This document shows, piece by piece, positions 1 through 7,856 of a stretch of DNA of 64,000 nucleotides. The translations under genes were made by a program, and so were the position numbers. The notes beneath the pieces are model-generated. The model was not told where the DNA came from. It did not search any database and saw nothing but the letters and a program-made list of their open reading frames with translations. The stretch's first letter is position 1, and the number at the start of each line of letters is the position of its first letter. This DNA comes from a virus, in IMG/VR virus record IMGVR_UViG_3300033145_000767, positions 1 through 64,000 of that record, one strand, 5' to 3'.

Positions 1-461
1 GTTTGCCCTGCTATAAAAGTTTGTGCAGAATCATAAGCAGAATTAGCATAAACATTCCAGTTCTCACTCGCAGTTAATTGTTCTTGGTCTAATATTTCTC
101 CTGAACCTTTTAAAATGGTGTCAGTATCTTGCGTATGGTCTAATGTGTTAGCGTGTTTTTTGATGACAGCATCATCAATATCTTCTACTGAAGACGAAGG
201 TTTATCTTCTATACTGCCCCAAGATAATGATATAATATCTCCCTGGTCAGTCCAATCACTTAAAGAACCACTAGAAGCATTTAATGTCCATATATACAAA
301 TGACCGGTATCGTTGGTTATTCTACCATTATTAAGGGTATTCCCTGTTATAGGTAAGCTATTATATGTGTCTACGCCCTCTTGAAAATAAATTATCCCTG
401 CGTCATTTACAAGGTCAAACTTTCCTGAAATAGGGTTAAAAACTTGTTTATATAAACTCAT
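1..461 (-). CDS. Virion/tail-fibre-like protein, 5' part (runs off window)
   Basis: Open frame from ATG at 461 (MSLYKQVFNPISGKFDLV...KKHANTLDHTQDTD...AQTFIAG); T/S/G/D-rich composition typical of fibre proteins. Confidence 0.5.
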   Translation of the reverse strand, partial: MSLYKQVFNPISGKFDLVNDAGIIYFQEGVDTYNSLPITGNTLNNGRITNDTGHLYIWTLNASSGSLSDWTDQGDIISLSWGSIEDKPSSSVEDIDDAVIKKHANTLDHTQDTDTILKGSGEILDQEQLTASENWNVYANSAYDSAQTFIAGQ

Positions 462-476
462 AATAAATTCCTTATC

Positions 477-701
477 TTATAATTTCCAGTGGTCTAAAGT
501 GTAAAATGGGTAGGTATTAGGTGATGCTATAACAGTTGCAAATGCATCTGTTGTTAAACAAAATCTTGTAGAATCCGTAGCAGTTTCTATTTTTCTAATT
601 AAAACTTGTGCAAATTTATTAACATACACATAGTAATCATAACTACCTACAGTTACTTTTTCATGGAATTCAAACCCTTCAATTGCTTTATAATGAGCCA
701 T
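477..701 (-). CDS. Hypothetical protein
   Basis: 74-aa ORF translationally coupled to the upstream gene. Confidence 0.7.
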   Translation of the reverse strand: MAHYKAIEGFEFHEKVTVGSYDYYVYVNKFAQVLIRKIETATDSTRFCLTTDAFATVIASPNTYPFYTLDHWKL

Positions 702-1486
702 TAGTTACTCCTCTTTATATCTTCCTGTATTTTATCAAATAATTCTATTCTATAGTTTTCATATAACCATGGAATATAATCTTCTGCTACATTAAGAATT
801 AAACACACATCTTTTAATGTAATCTTTTTCTCATAATATAAACGAAATGTATGCTCATTAAATAGTAAGCCACCCCTTACAAACCAAGGATGTTCCATTA
901 TTGTATCTTTTTCTTTATCTAGTCTTCGTCTTACTAATTGTAAGTTTTGACAACTATCGCATCTATAAGTATAATTAGCCCTATTCTCTGGGTCATTTAT
1001 ATACTTTTTAAATCTAGCTTTTAATATATTTAAGGCCTTTACAGCATCATTACCTGATTTATCTTCTTCTTCTAATAAACCTAATTGCTTCTTTATTTTA
1101 ATGCATTGCTCAATTGCTTTATTATAAGCTTCTAGTTCTTTATGAGGTTGTGCATTATCTTTAGTACTTGAAGAATTTAACGATAGCTGTATTCTATGGA
1201 TAACAAGTTCTAAATAAGTTAGTTGCTTAAGTAGTTCCTTGTCAGATGGGTTATCTATACTGCCCGTTTTTAAATACTTGCGAATTAAGGTATAATAAAA
1301 TTCTACTTCTTTCTTTTTAGTAAGCCCTATATGCCATTCCTCATTAAAGTCTTCGCCTTCCATCTTAACTTTAACTGCTTTTTGAAGAGCCTCTTCATTA
1401 TCCTTATATTGGGCTAAGTGCTTGATTTTATTATAATACTTTTGCTCTCTGTCTGTCATTTTAAACCTTATCTTTGTGGAGCTCAT
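701..1486 (-). CDS. Hypothetical protein, possible terminase small subunit with CxxC (true start may be ATG at 1459)
   Basis: Helical D..LL..L..LE...IKKQLGL pattern as in TerS proteins; follows an HNH gene at the head of the leftward (late) unit. Confidence 0.4.
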   Translation of the reverse strand: MSSTKIRFKMTDREQKYYNKIKHLAQYKDNEEALQKAVKVKMEGEDFNEEWHIGLTKKKEVEFYYTLIRKYLKTGSIDNPSDKELLKQLTYLELVIHRIQLSLNSSSTKDNAQPHKELEAYNKAIEQCIKIKKQLGLLEEEDKSGNDAVKALNILKARFKKYINDPENRANYTYRCDSCQNLQLVRRRLDKEKDTIMEHPWFVRGGLLFNEHTFRLYYEKKITLKDVCLILNVAEDYIPWLYENYRIELFDKIQEDIKRSN

Positions 1487-1501
1487 GGAAAGAATCGAAC
1501 T

Positions 1502-1822
1502 CTAATCTCTTGAATGAAATTTTCTATGGCAATTAGAACATAATACTTCACATTTTTCTATTTCTTTTTTAATCCTTTTAAATGAATAGAAATGATGCAT
1601 AGCCCCAACTGTAAAATCTTTTTTACTGGGGTCTATATGGTGAAAGTCAAGGCATCTAATATCTTTTTCTCCACAAGAATTACATTTTAGTGTTTTCTTA
1701 AAAGATATGAACTCTTTTTTATTTTTAGCTCTCCAAGCATAGTTAATAGCAATTCGTCTTTTTTTATTCTTTTCATACCATTGCTTACCATAAGCTCTCA
1801 TGTCTTCTTTGTTTTTATACAT
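1502..1822 (-). CDS. HNH endonuclease
   Basis: CxxC...LDFHHIDP...EIEKCEVLCSNCHRKFH. Confidence 0.9.
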   Translation of the reverse strand: MYKNKEDMRAYGKQWYEKNKKRRIAINYAWRAKNKKEFISFKKTLKCNSCGEKDIRCLDFHHIDPSKKDFTVGAMHHFYSFKRIKKEIEKCEVLCSNCHRKFHSRD

Positions 1823-1829
1823 TAATTTC

Positions 1830-2128
1830 TCTTCTAGGAGGTGAGTTGAACACCCACCTATATCTTAGGTTAGTTTAGATTATACCAATAGTCTCTTAGT
1901 TATTTTTCCCTTAGGGGGCATCCTTTACTATGTGCGTAGTAATCTAAATTGCAATTGGCTAGGGCATGGAAATCCTTTTACAGCCCCAGATGGTAGTGGT
2001 TAGCCAGTTGTAAGCTTTTTAGTCATATGAGGGATATATTCCCTTATTTGTAACCTTTAGTTTTTAAGCAACATCAGTTTACTGGACTTATTAACCACTT
2101 GGTAGACAAGGGCAGAATATACCCTTAC
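1830..2128 (-). ncRNA. Candidate structured ncRNA with tRNA-like 3' T-arm
   Basis: Complementary pairs AGTGGTTA/TAACCACT, CCAGT/ACTGG, GGCTG/TAGCC, TTTAGATTA/TAATCTAAA, ACCTA/TAGGT and GGGTG-TTCAACT-CACCT; no ORF; lies downstream of a predicted promoter. Confidence 0.45.
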
Positions 2129-2135
2129 CTATATA

Positions 2136-2166
2136 TAAGTATAGGAATATATAAAGGATTCTTTAG
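2136..2166 (-). promoter_or_regulatory. Putative phage late promoter CTAAA-N16-CCTATACTTA (copy 1)
   Basis: Same motif and spacing as 2649-2679; resembles the sigma28/SigD consensus. Confidence 0.55.
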
Positions 2167-2648
2167 CTTTATTTTAAAATAATTCCTATTATCTACCATT
2201 ATCTTCTATTAGTTCTTATTTATACTTAAATCGCCGTTTTGTTCTTTCCGAGTCCATTCGTTCCTCTTACTGCGTAAGTGTTACTCATTCCCTCGTTAAA
2301 GTTAGAAAACAACGGTATAACCTAATAGCGTGCTTTCTAACTTCTAAAAGCTTATACCCTAGGGGGTTACAACTATGCCATAGAGACATCTGCTTTTATC
2401 TACCCTAACATGTGCTAAATATCTACCCTGTTGCTATTAAACAATTTAGAACTTCGGGCTTTAATATTTCCCATATTAAACCCCTTGTAAACAAAGGGGT
2501 TATATCAATAAATGCTGTTTTAGTACAATTACTCACATCTACCTAGTTTCTGCCCTGTTGGTACTAAACGACTTACACCAATATTAAAACATTCACCCTC
2601 TGAGAGCATACAAGATTACTTATATACACTTCAACCATCTTACGATAG

Positions 2649-2679
2649 TAAGTATAGGATTAAAACAGGAAAAGTTTAG
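2649..2679 (-). promoter_or_regulatory. Putative phage late promoter CTAAA-N16-CCTATACTTA (copy 2)
   Basis: Same motif and spacing as 2136-2166, with an A/T-rich upstream element. Confidence 0.55.
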
Positions 2680-3303
2680 GTATTTCTCAAAATAATAGCT
2701 ATATTCCAATGGTGTAGAGGGTAGCATGCCCTTGAGCCACAGAAACGCTAGGTGTCTACCGTAATAGACCCTTGACCCCCAGTAGGTTATACCGTTAGGT
2801 ATACCCTTACTACACCGTTATTATACCCGTAAAAACCTCCAGCGTCAGCTCCAAATACCGTAGGCTCCTAAAATAAAATCTGGGAGGAATGTGCTAATCC
2901 TAACCCCTCCCCCAGCTCTATCCCTTGTTACTCCATACACTTATGATTCCATGGGTAAAGGTTTACACACTATCCTATTAGGTTATACTGTAGCAGTACA
3001 CACACATAGTCCAATATATACTCTTATATTATAATACTGTTGCCCTGTGTTGTAGTGTTGTTTTAATACTTATTACTTGCATTCCTCAGGGTATGCTATA
3101 ACATCTTTTTTATTTACTAGGCTAATAACAGGCACTTTACACCAGATAATATTATAAGGTATATTTAAGACACTTTAAGCGATAGGCTATAGGTTCATAC
3201 CATTAAAGGTTAAACAGGCTTAAAAAGGTATCTGCAATGTTTTTAAAGGGGTATGCAACAGGGGGAGGGGGTATAGTTATTATCTTATTTTATAGGCAAT
3301 AAA

Positions 3304-3335
3304 AAAAGGGGCAAGCTGTTAGGCTTGCCCCTTTT
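3304..3335 (-). terminator. Rho-independent (possibly bidirectional) terminator
   Basis: AAAAGGGGCAAGC-loop-GCTTGCCCCTTTT just past the stop of 3347-3739. Confidence 0.85.
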
Positions 3336-3346
3336 GTAGCAGGGTA

Positions 3347-3739
3347 TTATTTGCTTGTAACTAAGTTGCCTGTGTTATCTACCTTGTTACCTCTTAGGTT
3401 AAAAACACATACCAGATTACTAAATTCCAGAGGGTTTTTATGGTGTTTACTTTGCAGTACACCATAAATGGTTCTTGCCTTACCAGAATTTAAGGCTTTA
3501 ATACCTGCTGTTATAGCCTTATTAATGTTAGTGTAACCTGTTTTTTCCTCTAACATTTTCATACTACTTGCCAGATAAATTTTATCACCTTTGTTAACCT
3601 TTTTTGACCTGCTGTAAGTATTTTTTGCTGTAGATTGAATAGAGGTTTTAATTACTGCTTTTTTACTGACAGTCTTTTTGCTCTTAATTGTTACTGACTT
3701 ACTGCTTTTTTTTGCCTGTTTTTTAATTGCCTTTTTCAT
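3347..3739 (-). CDS. Basic Lys-rich protein (H1-like N-terminal tail), putative DNA-binding
   Basis: KKAIKKQAKKSSKS...KKTVSKKAVIK; GGGAGG RBS before ATG at 3739. Confidence 0.7.
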   Translation of the reverse strand: MKKAIKKQAKKSSKSVTIKSKKTVSKKAVIKTSIQSTAKNTYSRSKKVNKGDKIYLASSMKMLEEKTGYTNINKAITAGIKALNSGKARTIYGVLQSKHHKNPLEFSNLVCVFNLRGNKVDNTGNLVTSK

Positions 3740-3786
3740 AATTCCTCCCATGTTACTGTTATAAAACAAATTAGTTATAATACCCT

Positions 3787-3939
3787 TTACAGCTTTATTA
3801 TCTTATAAAAATCCCCCCTTTGTTTTAGCATAATTTTTTGCCCCTCTTTTAATAGTGTATAGGCTCTATTGATTTTCCTCAGGCTTGCTTTTTTATGCTC
3901 TAGTAGTAATTGGATTTGTAAGATGTTTAATTTTCTCAT
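3787..3939 (-). CDS. Small basic protein, probably leaderless
   Basis: 50-aa ORF whose ATG lies 6 nt after the -10 box of the leftward promoter. Confidence 0.45.
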   Translation of the reverse strand: MRKLNILQIQLLLEHKKASLRKINRAYTLLKEGQKIMLKQRGDFYKIIKL

Positions 3940-3945
3940 AATTAA

Positions 3946-3974
3946 AGTATACCTGACGAATTTGAAAATTGCTA
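3946..3974 (-). promoter_or_regulatory. Leftward sigma70-type early promoter
   Basis: TAGCAA-N17-TATACT, mirror image of 4195-4223. Confidence 0.65.
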
Positions 3975-4027
3975 ATGAATTTGCTATTTTTTTTTAAAAT
4001 CAATTTTGCAGCAGATTTAGGGGACTT

Positions 4028-4043
4028 TGGCATGATTATTGCT
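4028..4043 (+). promoter_or_regulatory. Sigma54 (-24/-12) site
   Basis: TGGCATG-ATTA-TTGCT matches TGGCAC/TG-N4-TTGCW. Confidence 0.75.
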
Positions 4044-4068
4044 AAGGGAAATTATTTCGGGGATTTGT

Positions 4069-4084
4069 AGCAATTTCCGTGCCA
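4069..4084 (-). promoter_or_regulatory. Sigma54 (-24/-12) site
   Basis: Minus strand TGGCACG-GAAA-TTGCT, perfect consensus. Confidence 0.8.
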
Positions 4085-4194
4085 ATCCTCAGAAAAAATT
4101 ATTCCTTGCTTTCATCCATGGAGTGTATATAGGCAACTTGAAATACCTCTCCGAAATAGCCTTAAAATAAGGTTAAAAAAAATGCTTTTCCTAT

Positions 4195-4241
4195 TAGCAA
4201 TTTGCAGCATTACATGGTATACTTTAACAGGTTCATTGAAA
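4195..4241 (+). promoter_or_regulatory. Rightward sigma70 early promoter with extended -10, followed by a boxA-like element
   Basis: TAGCAA-N14-TGG-TATACT, then GTTCATTGAAA (4231-4241). Confidence 0.65.
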
Positions 4242-4244
4242 GCA

Positions 4245-4810
4245 TTATTTTATAGTATGAGGTAAAAAGCACTCAGTAGGGAAAGCCCCTCGTAAGTATT
4301 GAGGAGGTTAGTACCAAAAGCCGAAAGGCTGTGGAAGGTAAAGTCCTTTCTGGGTATGGCGAACCGAGTTTCCTACAACGAAATTCTCTACCATATCGGG
4401 AAGAAGGGTACTGAAGCGAGGATAGCGGGATTCCTGATAAACTATAACTTAGTTGGAAAGAGTATAAAGCCTATTATATTATATAGGAACTTAACCTATA
4501 TATACCGAGATTTTAGGCGGGAAGAATAAAAAAACTCCCCACTACTTAATCCCCTGCTGATAACATAGCAGGCTAATCTAATGGTTATCCGACATGGCTG
4601 GCATGGTACGGTGTGGGATGCTCGGTAAGATAATATCCGAGTTAAAAGAAAGCATACTATTTGACAGTAGGGAGAACATCCTATAATGATATAAAGTATG
4701 GTTAAAATGTCGAAATGGGAGCATACAATTATTTAGTTACCTTTATATAAGGGGCTAACCTTGCGTTCCCATAGGCTATATATAGTGATATGATAGCCCT
4801 GAGGAAGACA
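4245..4810 (+). ncRNA. Candidate long structured leader RNA
   Basis: GC-richer non-coding stretch with AGCC-GAAA-GGCT hairpin and crossing helices GTAGGGAAA/TTTCCTAC and GGTATGG/CCATATC. Confidence 0.45.
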
Positions 4811-4833
4811 AATCACTTAACAAGGGAGGAAAT

Positions 4834-5007
4834 ATGCAAAAAGATTTACATGATTTTTTATTAGAGGCTTGGAATCAAACAGAACACGGATGTATCAGCT
4901 TAGTAAACATAAAAGTTAGGGCAGAAAATGAAAAAGAAGCAAAAGAGAAAGCAAGGAAACTTGTTGATAGGGAAAGATTTACAGTAACCCATGTAACAGC
5001 TGCATAA
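4834..5007 (+). CDS. Small early protein (paralogue of 5023-5235)
   Basis: GGGAGG RBS; VRAENEKEAKEKARKL motif. Confidence 0.7.
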   Translation: MQKDLHDFLLEAWNQTEHGCISLVNIKVRAENEKEAKEKARKLVDRERFTVTHVTAA

Positions 5008-5022
5008 GCAGGGGAGAAAAAA

Positions 5023-5235
5023 ATGAAAGATGATGTAGATATTAAATCCAAAGGTTTAATTGAGGAAGTAAAAAGGTATATCATCCACGGGTGGAATTAT
5101 GTGGGGGTTAGTAAAAATGATAAGGAACTAATAAAATTAAGGGTTAAAGCAAAAAATGATAAGGAGGCTTTAATTAAAGCAAAAAGATTAGCAACTAGGG
5201 ATAATTATAATATAGTTGAAATAAGGGAGATTTAA
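5023..5235 (+). CDS. Small early protein
   Basis: RBS; VKAKNDKEALIKAKRL motif. Confidence 0.7.
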   Translation: MKDDVDIKSKGLIEEVKRYIIHGWNYVGVSKNDKELIKLRVKAKNDKEALIKAKRLATRDNYNIVEIREI

Positions 5236-5250
5236 ACAAAGGGAGGCAAC

Positions 5251-5670
5251 ATGGATAGGGTAAAAGGCAGATGTATTCATCTAATGGAATATGAGTGTTG
5301 TGCAATATGTTCAGGTCTTATGGAAAAGAAAGAAAAACAGCAACTGGAATATAGTGATGTAAGAGTACGGAGGTCAGAGGCTAGGGCAAGGCGTTTATAT
5401 ATGCAGGAATCTAGCAAGTTTTTCGCTACAAAGCACGCAGAACCCTACACAGATGAGGAATTGAAATATATCATTGTTAATACTAAGGATACCACAAGGC
5501 AAGATACCGAAATATTTTATAATATAGCAAAGGAAGTAAAAAGAAGGCTTGGTAGTATTGAATGGTTATGGAATTATATATGGCGTGAAGGATTTAATAA
5601 TGTTTTAAAAGCTGGTTATGATAATAAACTATATGAAAGAGTCCAACAATTAAAAAAGGGGTTAGTGTAA
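5251..5670 (+). CDS. Hypothetical protein with CxH..CxxC and Myb/SANT-like HTH
   Basis: RCIHLMEYECCAICSG; YTDEELKYI...IAKEVKRRLGSI. Confidence 0.65.
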   Translation: MDRVKGRCIHLMEYECCAICSGLMEKKEKQQLEYSDVRVRRSEARARRLYMQESSKFFATKHAEPYTDEELKYIIVNTKDTTRQDTEIFYNIAKEVKRRLGSIEWLWNYIWREGFNNVLKAGYDNKLYERVQQLKKGLV

Positions 5671-5861
5671 TGAGGTGTCCTCATTGTAATTATGTTCATA
5701 ATGAAATGAATGAATTTAACGAATGGGTGGAAGGAGAACATGGGGATTTTTATACAAATGATGTGTCTTTAATGCTAAGAGGGGCAGGGTTGGGAATTGG
5801 AGATGTAGAATCTAAACTTATAAAAGGATGCCCTAAATGCAACAAATTATTTATGTTATAA
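5670..5861 (+). CDS. Zn-ribbon protein
   Basis: CPHC...CPKC. Confidence 0.7.
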   Translation: MRCPHCNYVHNEMNEFNEWVEGEHGDFYTNDVSLMLRGAGLGIGDVESKLIKGCPKCNKLFML

Positions 5862-6129
5862 TTAAAAAGGGAGGCTGTATAATGTTTTATTGTATAGTTT
5901 GTAAGGAATGGCATGACTATTCGGAAAGTTTAGCCTGGGTAAGAAAAAGAAAAGGTAAGATATTAGGATTGGTTTGTGATGATTGTATAGATAATATTGA
6001 AAGGGAATAGTCATGAGGATGCATATGTTTCCACAGAGCAAAATGAGATTATCATTTATATTAGCATTTATCCTAATATTCGCTTTAATACTAAATACTC
6101 TGGGAAATTGCTACACGCTATAACTAATT

Positions 6130-6225
6130 GAGGGGGTAATACCGATAAGGTAATGGGAGGTCGAAACTCTCCATGGTAAGGTAGATAGTAATCTACTACT
6201 GCTTACTATGTAGGTATATCCCCTT
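6130..6225 (+). ncRNA. Candidate multi-stem structured RNA
   Basis: Closing stem AGGGGGTAATACC/GGTATATCCCCTT enclosing two hairpins; intergenic. Confidence 0.4.
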
Positions 6226-6247
6226 ATTTTTAATAAGGGAGGCAGTA

Positions 6248-6742
6248 ATGAAAAAGTTAAGGCTACTAATAACTGAGGATTGTAATAGGTCTTGCAAAGG
6301 ATGTTGTAATAAAGATTGGGATTTAAAGTCTTTACCTATAAATAAAGGTTATAAAGGCTATAAGGAAATAATGCTTACAGGTGGAGAGCCTATGTTATAC
6401 CCTAATCTTATTATAAAGATATGCAAGGAAATTAGAGAGCAAACTGATTGCCCTATATACCTATATACCGCAAAGGTTGAGGTATTATATGATATATTGG
6501 AAGTAATGTTTAATTTAAGCGGGATTTGTTTAACATTACATGAACAAAAGGATGTAAAACCTTTTATATATTTTAGTAATATGCTAAATCAGCTAGGAGC
6601 TAAAGGCTCTTTTAGGTTAAACATATTTAAAGGGATTAATACATACAATGTAGATTTATCTGCATGGAAGGTAAGAAAAGATATGGTATGGATGAAGAAT
6701 TGTCCTATACCAAAAGATGAAGTTTTTAAAAGGTATAACTAA
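6248..6742 (+). CDS. Radical SAM protein (minimal)
   Basis: CNRSCKGC (CxxxCxxC) and LTGGEP. Confidence 0.85.
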   Translation: MKKLRLLITEDCNRSCKGCCNKDWDLKSLPINKGYKGYKEIMLTGGEPMLYPNLIIKICKEIREQTDCPIYLYTAKVEVLYDILEVMFNLSGICLTLHEQKDVKPFIYFSNMLNQLGAKGSFRLNIFKGINTYNVDLSAWKVRKDMVWMKNCPIPKDEVFKRYN

Positions 6743-6760
6743 AACACTTGGGAGGGTGTC

Positions 6761-7030
6761 ATGGCTAAAAAATATATTCAATCAAGAGTACTGGATAAAA
6801 CAAAAGTTTATTCAAATGTAGGAAGTAAAATAGCAAAGCCTAAGAACAAAGGATATAAAGCATATACACATACCCTAAAGGCGGGGGAATCCTTAAAATG
6901 TTCATGCTGTAGATGTATGGCAAGGAGAAGTCAAGGACATAGGAAGGTATATATAATTACCCGTAAGAGTATTACAAGTGTATACTCCGTATTATGTTAT
7001 GAATGTAAGATTAAACTATTGAAGGGATAA
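6761..7030 (+). CDS. Basic Zn-finger protein
   Basis: CSCC...CYEC; RBS. Confidence 0.6.
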   Translation: MAKKYIQSRVLDKTKVYSNVGSKIAKPKNKGYKAYTHTLKAGESLKCSCCRCMARRSQGHRKVYIITRKSITSVYSVLCYECKIKLLKG

Positions 7031-7031
7031 A

Positions 7032-7271
7032 ATGCCAAAACCTATTATTAAATTGACAGTATTGGAGGAACATTTGGGTTTTAGGTTAGAGGTTAATGGT
7101 ATAGCTTCCGACCTAATGGTTATCAATAATGTCCTATCAATGATTAGGAGTATATGGTATAGATTTCATGAAAAGTATGCTATACACTTAAAGGAAGAGT
7201 TGACCTTTGAATTAACTCAAGGAGAACTTGACTACGCTTTTGGTAGACAAGATTCCTTAGTTATATACTAA
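7032..7271 (+). CDS. Hypothetical protein
   Basis: ORF coupled to the upstream gene. Confidence 0.6.
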   Translation: MPKPIIKLTVLEEHLGFRLEVNGIASDLMVINNVLSMIRSIWYRFHEKYAIHLKEELTFELTQGELDYAFGRQDSLVIY

Positions 7272-7588
7272 AATTTTATTGCCTGAACAGAAGTATAGAG
7301 GGGGGGGGGGTGTCTACCCTTTCTCCCCTCGCCTCCCAACAGAAAGGATAAAATGGATAAAATTGTTAATAGACTTGTATATGTATTCCTACACATAAGG
7401 TTGCATTTTTTAATTAAAAGGTTAAGACCTCGGGATTATGAATGTGTTAAAACAGCAAGGGCTATAAACTATACAAGGATGTTAATTTAAAAGGGGTATT
7501 GTATGACAGAGAAAATAATAGTAATAATATTATTATTTATTGTGTGCAACCAAGATATATGGGACTGGTTATCAAAAAAGGAGGACTA

Positions 7589-7780
7589 ATGGAGGGTGTA
7601 AATTTATTTAATGCGTTAGCATCGGATGCCATGAAAAAGAATATACATGAAATGGGGGAACAAAAAACATTAAAAGTTATTAAAGAATTAAATGTTTCTA
7701 AGGAAACTAAAAAGGTTTATCTTAAAGCATTTTTTCAAGAAGTTCAAAGAAGGGAGAATAACTTACATCCAAGTAAGTAG
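7589..7780 (+). CDS. Hypothetical protein
   Basis: GGAGGA RBS before ATG at 7589. Confidence 0.6.
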   Translation: MEGVNLFNALASDAMKKNIHEMGEQKTLKVIKELNVSKETKKVYLKAFFQEVQRRENNLHPSK

Positions 7781-7790
7781 TTACAGTCCG

Positions 7791-7856
7791 TGGGGTAGTC
7801 TTGATATTATAGGGAAGGTTCTGAACCTTAAGGGGTTAGATTCCCCTACTACCCCT
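7791..7856 (+). tRNA. Degenerate/miniature tRNA-like element (Gln-CTG-like loop)
   Basis: GGGGTAGT/ACTACCCC acceptor, AGGGG-TTAGATT-CCCCT T-arm, AAGG-TTCTGAA-CCTT anticodon arm, poor D-arm, no CCA. Confidence 0.4.

Noticed and set aside
115-303. Plus-strand 62-aa ORF
   Set aside because: Antisense shadow of the minus-strand fibre-like gene
1476-1987. tmRNA (GGGGCTG 5' end at 1987 with GAGCTCCA 3' end at ~1477) interrupted by HNH
   Set aside because: Lacks the GGATTCGAC-type motif, T-arm to acceptor spacing is off by 3 nt, and no tag reading frame was recognised
4299-4529. 76-aa ORF in the track
   Set aside because: TTG start without RBS and atypical codon use; better explained as structured RNA
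4245-4810. Group I intron or hammerhead ribozyme
   Set aside because: No P7 (R/S) consensus or CUGANGA/GAAA core in the right arrangement; no interrupted gene
7298-7330. G11 tract as a phase-variation switch
   Set aside because: Intergenic and pairs with the following C/T-rich arm as a hairpin; length variation cannot be judged without reads
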